This document shows, in pieces, positions 24,177 through 31,661 of a stretch of DNA of 31,661 nt. Each line of letters begins with the position of its first letter. Position 1 is the first letter of the stretch. The translations under genes and the position numbers were made by a program. The notes beneath the pieces were generated by a model. That model did no database searches. It saw only the letters and a list, made by a program, of their open reading frames with translations, and was not told the DNA's origin. Location of the stretch: contig CAZJZW010000002.1 in assembly GCA_964550665.1 (NCBI GenBank), positions 1-31,661 of the forward strand, given 5' to 3'. This DNA comes from an uncultured Candidatus Saccharibacteria bacterium. GTDB taxonomy: Bacteria > Patescibacteriota > Minisyncoccia > Phycocordibacterales > CSBR16-119.

Positions 24177-25691
24177 TTACTTAGCTATTTTAATTCCATC
24201 TTCCTTCTTTTCTTCCTCTTCTTTTTCTTCCTTATCTTTAGATAATTTTCTAGCGATAAGTACGATCATGAAGATAACAACTACAATCAGTAACCATCCA
24301 ACAATAGAAGTTGGGAAGAATTTTCCTGCAAATATCGAAGTTGCAGATTGGTTAGGATTTCCTCCAACAACTGCAATAATTGAGTAACTTAGTGAGTCAA
24401 CTTTTGTTCCTGAGATTGTAGGATGATCGTGAACACCTAAAAGCGAAGCGATAAGAATAGTTTCTGCTCCTGCTGCCTTTGGCACATTAACCACAATAAA
24501 GAATTCTCCTTTTATGTCTTTCGGTAATGTTTCAATAGAAAGCACTACTGTATGACTTGGTTTTGAATATACACCTAGAGTTGAACTTTTAAATTCAGTT
24601 TCTTTTGCAAGCTCGACTTGAATTGTTACATTATTTAGATCTTTTCCAGACATGTTCTTGTAAGAGATCGTATAGGTAATAGTATCTCCTACTTCAACCT
24701 TATCTACATTAGAACTAATATCAAGCGCTAAGAAATTTTCGTTAGTTACCGTAGTAACAACTGGAGTTTCTGGCTTTGGCTCACTTGGTGTAACTGGTGG
24801 TTTTGGAGTTGTTGAACCAGTGTTAGTAGGCGCTGTATAGCCACTTGTTTTAAAGGTTCTAATATCACCATAGAATGTTCCTTCGTCATTTTGAACAACA
24901 AATTTGAAGTAATAGGAAGTGTTTGGAGATAGGTTTAGTATTTGTCTTGAAATACTATGTGAACCTGTTCCAATGGATTGATTTGGAGTTCTATTTCCCA
25001 TTGCAGTCGTTACTCCATATTCAAACCAAGAGTTACCTGCTCCACCATCATTGATGATAGAAAGCCCATTTAGGTAAGCCATGTTTGTACTTACGCCAGT
25101 GGCATATGAAGTGATCGCAGTAACATCATCTTGAGTTCCATTTCCATTTCCATTGTTATTATTGTCATCGTCGTCATCATCATTGTCGTTGTTATTATTG
25201 TCATCGTCTGTTGTAAACGATCTTACAGAACCAGAGCTATCGTTTGTACAAGCTCGGAAATAGTATGTTTCATCTGAATCAAGTCCAGAAACTGTTCGAG
25301 AGAATTCATCTCCGTCATCAAAATCTCCTGAAACACTGTACTCGAGGTCATCGTCTGAACAAGAAGGTGTTGAGTCATTGTCATCTAAAACAAACCAAAC
25401 ATCTACATTGCTTCCGTTTGTAACTTCTCCTTGAAGTTTTGCAGAATCTTCATCGATACTTGTTGCAGAATATGTCGAGACTTGGTCGTCTCCGTCATTA
25501 TCATTGTCGTTGTCGTCGTCATCATCATTGTCGTTGTTTCCGTTATTAGATGAACCGCCGCCGAAATCAATGTCCACTAATTCTGACCCGTTCCAATATG
25601 TTGCACCATGCGTAGTATTAGCAAATAAACCAGAGAAAGAGAACACCAGTACGAATGCGAAAATATTTAGTTTTTTGATTGTATTTTTCAT
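24177..25691 (-). CDS. Cell-surface protein: signal peptide, D/N-rich tracts, two FN3-like domains, DUF11-like Ig domain, C-terminal TM anchor
   Basis: Repeated module ..ATS..A.L.G.V....W(F)......YYF(RA/KF); VEVGDTITYTISYKN; WLLIVVVIFMIVLIARK. Confidence 0.85.
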   Translation of the reverse strand: MKNTIKKLNIFAFVLVFSFSGLFANTTHGATYWNGSELVDIDFGGGSSNNGNNDNDDDDDNDNDNDGDDQVSTYSATSIDEDSAKLQGEVTNGSNVDVWFVLDDNDSTPSCSDDDLEYSVSGDFDDGDEFSRTVSGLDSDETYYFRACTNDSSGSVRSFTTDDDNNNNDNDDDDDDNNNNGNGNGTQDDVTAITSYATGVSTNMAYLNGLSIINDGGAGNSWFEYGVTTAMGNRTPNQSIGTGSHSISRQILNLSPNTSYYFKFVVQNDEGTFYGDIRTFKTSGYTAPTNTGSTTPKPPVTPSEPKPETPVVTTVTNENFLALDISSNVDKVEVGDTITYTISYKNMSGKDLNNVTIQVELAKETEFKSSTLGVYSKPSHTVVLSIETLPKDIKGEFFIVVNVPKAAGAETILIASLLGVHDHPTISGTKVDSLSYSIIAVVGGNPNQSATSIFAGKFFPTSIVGWLLIVVVIFMIVLIARKLSKDKEEKEEEEKKEDGIKIAK

Positions 25692-25739
25692 ATATTGTGT
25701 GTCCTGTTTTTCACAGGTCTATTAATTTATAACAAGTAT

Positions 25740-25768
25740 ATTATAGCACTTTACAAAACTTTTGTCAA
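25740..25768 (-). promoter_or_regulatory. Consensus promoter TTGACA-N17-TATAAT
   Basis: Read directly upstream of the surface protein gene. Confidence 0.75.
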
Positions 25769-25931
25769 GTACTATTTTCTTCAAATCAGCCATTTAAACC
25801 TTATAAATAAAGGGTTTTTATTAAAAACATTTTTAAATGTTCGATATTTCTATCAAAAACTTAATAATGTGGGGAAGGCTTTGCGCCTTCCCCGACCTCC
25901 AAATCCGGAGGATTTCACTATTTTCTTCGTG

Positions 25932-27932
25932 TTAGCGACGCTTTGGGCCAGAATTTGACTGACGCATGGGCTTCGCTTGAAGCTGTTGTGGTGCTGACCT
26001 CATCGGTTTAGCACTCCTTTGTTGTGTCCTTTGTGGAACACTGACGTTTGGAGCACCTCCGCGCTGTGACCCTCGCTGTTGTATCTGCGGCTTTGAACCA
26101 CCTCCTCGATTAACGTTTCCACCATTCCTTTGTGAAGGTTTCGTGTTTCCGTAAACCGAAGTGTTGTTCATACTTCCCTGGTTACGATTTGGCTTAGTTT
26201 GCACCCTATTACTAGAGACGCTCACTTGACCATTTCTATTACCGCGAGAAGGTGTGTTAGCCACACGACCAGAACTCATACCGCTACCAGGTTTTGTGTT
26301 CGGTGCACTTTGCACTGAATTGTTTCCCTGGCGACGATTACTGCTAGTCGAAGCGAACTCATTGTTGCTATTTCCAGCAGGTTTGACCGGCTTGGTAGCA
26401 CCATGAGAACGCGGAAGAGTGACACTACTCCTATCATCATTTACTGGCTTGGCTCCACTATTACTAGCGGTGCGTCCACCAATTGTTGATGAATGAGAAG
26501 CAGGAAGCTTCAACAAAGGAATGTCACGACTTGCCATAGGCGGGTCGATCCGTCCTTCTTTAGTCTGTGGCGTTGTTTTTGAAGACGACGCCGTCAGATC
26601 TTTCGTTGGAGCAATATCCATCAAGCTTTCAGTCCGCAGGGACTTGTTACCAGAGGCGGGAACAGCGAAGGACTTCTCGTCAGCCGAAGCCAATTCGTAA
26701 TCCTGTTCTGTTTCTACAGCGGAGTTGTCAGTGACGACGTTGGATTTCCATACGCCGTAACCATTGTTATATCCACCACCATATCCTGCAGGACTCCAGC
26801 CAACACCAGAACCGAGCCAGTTGATACCGGTGATTCCGTTCGCTGTCCAAACAAATGATGTACTAGATCCACCGTAACCGTAGTTTGGCTGACAGAAGTT
26901 GTTATTGACATATCCACAGCCTGAGCTCCAACCGAAGTTGATACCGAAGCCAGCAGAGAAACCACAACCGCCATAGCCGTAGCCACCACCCCAACCACCT
27001 CCATACACAGGAGTGTAGTAAGGATAGTAAGTCGACGCCATTATAGGTGTTGTTACCAAACCCCAGCCACCATCGTAAAAACCATTGCGGGTTTTCCACG
27101 ACATATCGTTACGATAAGGCCAGCGTGAACGACGCCCGTCATATGCCACTTCATACATACCCGTTGTCGGATTGTAGAAACTGAGCACATCACGTTTTCC
27201 AAGGTTGTCCTTGCGCACAAGCTCTGGAGTATAAGTGCTGTCGGACTTCGTTGTGTCAGCCTTTGCAGATTTCTCCGCCCCAGTTGAACCAGCTGAAGCT
27301 GCAGCACCTCCTTCAACCTCTTCAGAGGGTACGAAGGATTTAAAGATGCGACTCGTTCCCACCTGATCGGACTTCGTTGTGTCAGCCTTTGCAGATTTCT
27401 CCGCCCCAGTTGAACCAGCTGAAGCTGCAGCACCTCCTTCAACCTCTTCAGAGGGTACGAAGGATTTAAAGATGCGACTCGTTCCCACCTGATTGGCTTG
27501 GAGCAAGAAACCAAGATCTCCTTCGTCCTCTGATGCAATGCGCACCCAGTTCGAAAGGTCCAAAATAGCATATTCCAGGATGGTATCCTGAAGCACTACC
27601 TCGGTCACAGTACCCGCAGAAGAGACTTCTGAAAGGGTGTGAGTTCCGGGTCCCACATTTGAGGAAAACCTCATTTCGGTGTTCTGCTCGGTCAACATCG
27701 ACTCGAACGCTTTCCCTTTCAGAGGGATTTTAGTTCCGTCGATTGCCAATGAGTTGGTGTATGCATATGCCTTGGATGTTTCCAATGCATGCTTGAATTC
27801 CTTGAGCATGACGTTCTTTTGTGCCTTGCTCTTGAATTCAATCGGTGTAACGGACTTGCGGTCCGATTGTTGCGCCGATACTGGCTTAGCCAGCATCATA
27901 AACGCGAAGAAAATGACAAGGAGCTGTTTCAT
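25932..27932 (-). CDS. Secreted low-complexity protein (666 aa; G/Y/W-rich middle, S/N/Q/R-rich tail)
   Basis: Signal peptide MKQLLVIFFAFMMLAKPVSA|QQ, own promoter and downstream hairpins; visibly more GC-rich than its neighbours. Confidence 0.8.
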   Translation of the reverse strand: MKQLLVIFFAFMMLAKPVSAQQSDRKSVTPIEFKSKAQKNVMLKEFKHALETSKAYAYTNSLAIDGTKIPLKGKAFESMLTEQNTEMRFSSNVGPGTHTLSEVSSAGTVTEVVLQDTILEYAILDLSNWVRIASEDEGDLGFLLQANQVGTSRIFKSFVPSEEVEGGAAASAGSTGAEKSAKADTTKSDQVGTSRIFKSFVPSEEVEGGAAASAGSTGAEKSAKADTTKSDSTYTPELVRKDNLGKRDVLSFYNPTTGMYEVAYDGRRSRWPYRNDMSWKTRNGFYDGGWGLVTTPIMASTYYPYYTPVYGGGWGGGYGYGGCGFSAGFGINFGWSSGCGYVNNNFCQPNYGYGGSSTSFVWTANGITGINWLGSGVGWSPAGYGGGYNNGYGVWKSNVVTDNSAVETEQDYELASADEKSFAVPASGNKSLRTESLMDIAPTKDLTASSSKTTPQTKEGRIDPPMASRDIPLLKLPASHSSTIGGRTASNSGAKPVNDDRSSVTLPRSHGATKPVKPAGNSNNEFASTSSNRRQGNNSVQSAPNTKPGSGMSSGRVANTPSRGNRNGQVSVSSNRVQTKPNRNQGSMNNTSVYGNTKPSQRNGGNVNRGGGSKPQIQQRGSQRGGAPNVSVPQRTQQRSAKPMRSAPQQLQAKPMRQSNSGPKRR
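27241..27492. repeat. Perfect 126-bp in-frame tandem duplication
   Basis: 27241-27366 equals 27367-27492, encoding QVGTSRIF...TTKSD twice. Confidence 0.95.
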
Positions 27933-28000
27933 GATTCTCGGGTTTTATCGTGATTTGTTGAGTTTCTGATTGTCTGAGTCCAAGACTCATTTCTACATAC

Positions 28001-28029
28001 AATATAGCATATTCGAGGACTTTTGTCAA
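28001..28029 (-). promoter_or_regulatory. Promoter TTGACA-N17-TATATT
   Basis: Upstream of the 666-aa gene. Confidence 0.7.
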
Positions 28030-28108
28030 GCGGTTACCCCTGCTCTGCCTTTTGATTTTCCCCTTATAAAATAGGCTGTTTTTTTGACTTACTATATAAT
28101 ATTCTGGT

Positions 28109-29830
28109 ATGACGCTCTTATTTAACGAAGATAAACAACAAAAACAAATCCAGATTCTTCGTATTAACGAAGAAGAAGATTTGGCTAAAACTCTGGCCAG
28201 CACAAAATACCACATTCCTTACATAGACTTAACGAAAGTTGTGATTGAAAATGATGCACTTCAGACCGTACCAGAAGAAGAAGCCAGAGAAATCGAAGTC
28301 GCGCCTTTTAATATTGCTGCAAAAAAAGTTTTGATCGCTGTTCATGCTCCAGAGAGAATGGAAGTGATTAATCTTAAAAAAACACTCGAGCGAAAAGGCT
28401 ACCAGGTAATCTACTTCATGGCTTCCAAAAAAAGTTTAGAGAAAGTTTGGGATAGATACCGAGAAGTTTCTCAAGCGGAAAAATTAAAAGCAGGGAGCCT
28501 CAGTATTTCTGGAGAAACACTTTTAAAAACTGCAGAGAAAATAAAAAAACTTGAAGATATTGAAAAAGAAGTTCAAAATATTTCTGACACAACATCAACA
28601 CATAAAGTTTCGAAAATTATTGAAGTTATTTTCGCAGGAGCAATCGCTCTGAAAGCTTCTGATGTTCACATCGAGCCAGAAGAAGATCATGTTCAAGTGC
28701 GAATCAGACTCGATGGAATATTACATGAGGTTTTAAAACTCGATGAAAGAACTTACAACCTTATCAACTCAAGAATAAAATTAGTTTCAGGATTGAAGCT
28801 TTCAAAAAACCAAGCTCAAGATGGAAGATTTTCTATTTGGCTTAACGAATACGAAGTTTCGATGAGAACTTCTGTGATCCCTGGAGCGTACGGCGAAGGA
28901 ATCGTGATGCGACTTCTTAATCCTCAATCAATCATGGTTCCGATGGAAGAACTTGGTATTGAGAAAAAACTTTTTAGCATCATCGAACGTGAAATTGCAA
29001 AACCAAATGGACTTATTATCATCACTGGTCCGACAGGTTCAGGTAAAACAACAAGTCTTTATACTTTTCTTCAAAGAATATATTCTCCAGAAATTAAAAT
29101 CCTAACTATAGAAAACCCTGTTGAATATCACCTAGAAGGTATCACTCAAACACAAACCGATCATAAAAAAGGTTATGGATTCCTTGAAGGGCTTCGAAGC
29201 GCACTTCGACAAGACCCTGACGTTATCATGATCGGAGAAATCCGAGATGGCGAGACAGCTAAGATTGCGGTCGAGTCTTCTCTAACAGGACACATGGTGT
29301 TCTCGACACTTCACACCAACAACGCTGCTGGAGCTGTTCCACGACTTATTGATCTTGGAGTAAACCCAAAAATCCTAGCCTCTGCCTTATCTCTTTCTAT
29401 CGCTCAAAGACTCGTCAGAAAACTCTGCGTTCACTGCAAACAAAAAAGAGAAGTGACAAAAGAAGAAGAAGAAATTATCCGAAAAGTTTTAGTTGGCGCA
29501 CAAACTCTCGGAAAAGATTTAGCTTCTTATGGAGTAAAAGCAGATCAGAAAATAGAACTTTGGAAACCGGTTGGATGTGAAAAATGTAACAATATCGGAT
29601 ACAAAGGACGTATAGGTATTTTTGAAGCGATCTTATCTGACGACGCTATCATTGACGTCATGCCGATGAATCCAAGTGAAGACGAAATTAAAGCAATCGC
29701 AAACAAACAAGGAATACTTGATATGAAAGAAGATGGTTTGGTGAAAGCTGTAGCGGGTATCACGACAGTCGAAGAGGTGAAGAAGGCAGTAGATATTTAT
29801 GAAGAGATTGAAGTAGTAAAAGAGGCGTAA
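28109..29830 (+). CDS. PilB/GspE-family type IV pilus or secretion assembly ATPase
   Basis: ASDVHIEP, QDGRF, Walker A GPTGSGKTT, LRQDPDVIMIGEIRD, TGHMVFSTLHTN, and a Cys tetrad CVHC...CEKC; N-terminal MshEN/N1D-like region. Confidence 0.95.
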   Translation: MTLLFNEDKQQKQIQILRINEEEDLAKTLASTKYHIPYIDLTKVVIENDALQTVPEEEAREIEVAPFNIAAKKVLIAVHAPERMEVINLKKTLERKGYQVIYFMASKKSLEKVWDRYREVSQAEKLKAGSLSISGETLLKTAEKIKKLEDIEKEVQNISDTTSTHKVSKIIEVIFAGAIALKASDVHIEPEEDHVQVRIRLDGILHEVLKLDERTYNLINSRIKLVSGLKLSKNQAQDGRFSIWLNEYEVSMRTSVIPGAYGEGIVMRLLNPQSIMVPMEELGIEKKLFSIIEREIAKPNGLIIITGPTGSGKTTSLYTFLQRIYSPEIKILTIENPVEYHLEGITQTQTDHKKGYGFLEGLRSALRQDPDVIMIGEIRDGETAKIAVESSLTGHMVFSTLHTNNAAGAVPRLIDLGVNPKILASALSLSIAQRLVRKLCVHCKQKREVTKEEEEIIRKVLVGAQTLGKDLASYGVKADQKIELWKPVGCEKCNNIGYKGRIGIFEAILSDDAIIDVMPMNPSEDEIKAIANKQGILDMKEDGLVKAVAGITTVEEVKKAVDIYEEIEVVKEA

Positions 29831-29831
29831 A

Positions 29832-29864
29832 ACAAAAGCCCGGCGCTTCGCGCCGGGCTTTTGT
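29832..29864. terminator. Palindromic terminator, copy 2
   Basis: acaaaagcccggcgc-ttc-gcgccgggcttttgt. Confidence 0.8.
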
Positions 29865-29867
29865 TTT

Positions 29868-30114
29868 TAAACTTTAAAAAGATCCACAAACCTCCAAATA
29901 ATCCTTTTTCTTCCAAGGAAGAAAAGTAATAAAATCTCAAAGGATAGCCGCAGTAACTCCGCCGAAGCGGTAACCATTGCGTCCTTATTAAAGTTATAGA
30001 GACAGAGCCTGATTACTTAGAGGTTTCTAAACCCTTATCAAAGTGGGATGTTAATATATCACGAGCACAATTCTTGTAAAGTACTCTTGTCAGACGGCGA
30101 TAAAATAAAGTTCT
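29868..30114 (-). ncRNA. Candidate structured non-coding RNA
   Basis: 16-bp long-range stem, C(UUCG)G-capped apical stem, and further hairpins whose G-U pairs work only on the minus strand; boundaries approximate. Confidence 0.5.
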
Positions 30115-30231
30115 TACATTGCTGTAAAAACCTGAAATATCCTTATGTTTAAACAAAAAATCACAAAAGTGATATAATGTTTACAACGTCTTTAATTAAC
30201 TACTTTTAAAGATTAGCATAAAAAAACTAAT

Positions 30232-31224
30232 ATGTCAAGCGATACACCTAAAAATGAAGAAATAAAGAATGACAACTTTTTAGATAACACATTGCGACCT
30301 CGTACATGGGACGAGTATATTGGTCAAGAAAAAATCAAACAAAACTTAAAAATTTTAATCCAAGCAGCAGAAGAACGTAATCACGTTCCTGAACATATTC
30401 TTTTTCACGGACCTCCTGGACTTGGAAAAACTACTCTTGCCCACCTGATCGCCAAAGAATCGGGTAAACAAATGAAAATAACATCAGGTCCTGCGATAGA
30501 GAAAGTTGGCGACCTCGCATCAGTCCTGACAAACCTCGCGCCTGGTGATATTTTATTTATCGACGAGATCCACCGACTAAATAAAATGGTAGAAGAGATA
30601 CTTTACCCTGCGATGGAGTCAGGAGTACTCGATATTATCATCGGTAAGGGCCCATCGGCTAGAACCATCCAACTCGACCTTCCACCTTTTACTCTTATCG
30701 CCGCAACGACTCGTCCAGCGCTCATCTCTTCCCCGCTTCGGTCACGCTTCTCTGGTGGAGTTCACCGGCTTGAATTTTACACTCACGAAGAAATGAAAGA
30801 AATTGTAAAACGTGCAAGTCGTCTTTTAGGAACAGAAGCTGACACAGGAGCGGTTGAAGAGATAGCGAAACGTTCTCGATTTACACCAAGAACGTCAAAC
30901 TATTTCTTGAAACGTGCTCGAGACTACGCTCAAATACACAAAGAAGATCTGACCAAAGAAAACGTACAGAAAGCACTGGAACTTTTAGGAGTAGACGAGC
31001 TTGGACTTTTTGAATCAGACAGAGCGGTACTCCGAACAATCATTGAAAAATTCAACGGTGGGCCGGTGGGCCTCGGAACTCTGGCTGCCGCGACAAGCGA
31101 AGAAGAAGCAACGATAGAAGAAGTGATCGAGCCATATTTACTTCGGCTTGGACTTCTTGAAAGAACTCCTCGCGGACGAACAGCAACAGAAAAAGCTTAT
31201 GAGCATTTAGGAATTAGTAGGTAG
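30232..31224 (+). CDS. ruvB: Holliday junction branch migration helicase RuvB
   Basis: LRPRTWDEYIGQ, GPPGLGKTT, FIDEIHRL, LYPAME, ATTR, LRSRF and LERTPRGR. Confidence 0.98.
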   Translation: MSSDTPKNEEIKNDNFLDNTLRPRTWDEYIGQEKIKQNLKILIQAAEERNHVPEHILFHGPPGLGKTTLAHLIAKESGKQMKITSGPAIEKVGDLASVLTNLAPGDILFIDEIHRLNKMVEEILYPAMESGVLDIIIGKGPSARTIQLDLPPFTLIAATTRPALISSPLRSRFSGGVHRLEFYTHEEMKEIVKRASRLLGTEADTGAVEEIAKRSRFTPRTSNYFLKRARDYAQIHKEDLTKENVQKALELLGVDELGLFESDRAVLRTIIEKFNGGPVGLGTLAAATSEEEATIEEVIEPYLLRLGLLERTPRGRTATEKAYEHLGISR

Positions 31225-31246
31225 CTGTTAGCCTTTAGCTATTAGC
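31225..31246 (+). repeat. Heptamer array upstream of the four-helix-bundle gene
   Basis: (aggtag) ctgttag cctttag ctattag c. Confidence 0.75.
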
Positions 31247-31255
31247 AAAAACAAA

Positions 31256-31615
31256 ATGCAATCATATAAAGATTTACAAGTTTGGAATAGATCGATGGCG
31301 CTTGTTAAAGATATCTATTCCCTAACAAATAAATTTCCTTCTTCTGAACGATTCGGACTAACAAGCCAAATGCAGAGAAGCGCCGTCTCGATTCCATCTA
31401 ATATCGCAGAAGGTAGATTACGGTCCGGAGAGAAAAGTTTTATTCAATTTCTCCTTATTGCTCTCGGCTCATGCGCAGAGTTACAAACGCAGATTATAAT
31501 TGCAAGAGAAATAGGATATAGTAAAGACCTTGAAACTAAAAAGATCGAAGAAGAAATTGAAGAGATTATGAAAATGATTAATAGTTTAATCAAGAAGCTA
31601 AAGGCCAATGGCTAA
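31256..31615 (+). CDS. Four-helix-bundle protein (TIGR02436 / 23S rRNA IVP / Avd-like)
   Basis: SYKDLQVWNRSMALV..IY.LT.KFP.SERFGLTSQMQRSAVSIPSNIAEG and ALGSCAELQTQ. Confidence 0.95.
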   Translation: MQSYKDLQVWNRSMALVKDIYSLTNKFPSSERFGLTSQMQRSAVSIPSNIAEGRLRSGEKSFIQFLLIALGSCAELQTQIIIAREIGYSKDLETKKIEEEIEEIMKMINSLIKKLKANG

Positions 31616-31631
31616 AAGCTCGAAGCTAAAA
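31597..31631 (+). repeat. Heptamer array at the 3' end of the four-helix-bundle gene (inverted relative to the upstream array)
   Basis: gctaaag gccaatg gctaaaa gctcgaa gctaaaa. Confidence 0.75.
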
Positions 31632-31661
31632 AATGGGATCATCACACAAAAAACAAGGAAA

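Noticed and set aside
91-29763. Many short ORF-track entries overlapping real genes on the opposite strand or in other frames (e.g. 91-303, 1690-1983, 3510-3713, 6144-6476, 15976-16230, 23941-24387, 27053-27571)
   Set aside because: They are shadow ORFs of confidently identified genes, with no recognisable motifs.
1-31661. CRISPR array, retron or DGR system
   Set aside because: There are no regularly spaced repeat-spacer units, cas genes, reverse transcriptase or TR/VR pair in the window; the Avd-like gene alone is insufficient.
31633-31661. Possible start of the next gene (ATG GGA TCA...)
   Set aside because: Only 9 codons are visible before the window edge; it cannot be called.

Overview
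AT-rich, gene-dense bacterial chromosome fragment using genetic code 11 (TGA is read as stop). The gene content suggests Patescibacteria/CPR, most likely Parcubacteria: split ComEC, dispersed type IV pilus genes, shortened PolA and HolA, tRNA-Arg(GCG) and a DUF5652-like protein. This placement is an inference. Housekeeping genes include an RluA-family pseudouridine synthase, rpmB, rnhA, recJ, ruvX, rpsT, ruvA, mutM, a TrmH-family methylase, holA, polA, tsaE, a PilB/GspE ATPase and ruvB. There are five tRNA genes and several orphan or surface proteins. No CRISPR array, rRNA, integrase or transposase was found. The most interesting signals are non-coding: (1) two tRNA genes are each followed by a small hairpin-rich element whose ends copy that tRNA's own T-arm/3' end, one copy inverted and one direct, and the two elements share a 13-bp motif; (2) inverted arrays of 7-8-nt units occur around a four-helix-bundle gene, at an apparently empty site, and in-frame inside the RluA gene; (3) there are two candidate standalone structured RNAs (about 19.69-19.98 kb on +, about 29.87-30.11 kb on -); (4) many genes appear to be leaderless. 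All family assignments come from motif recognition by eye, with no database searches.
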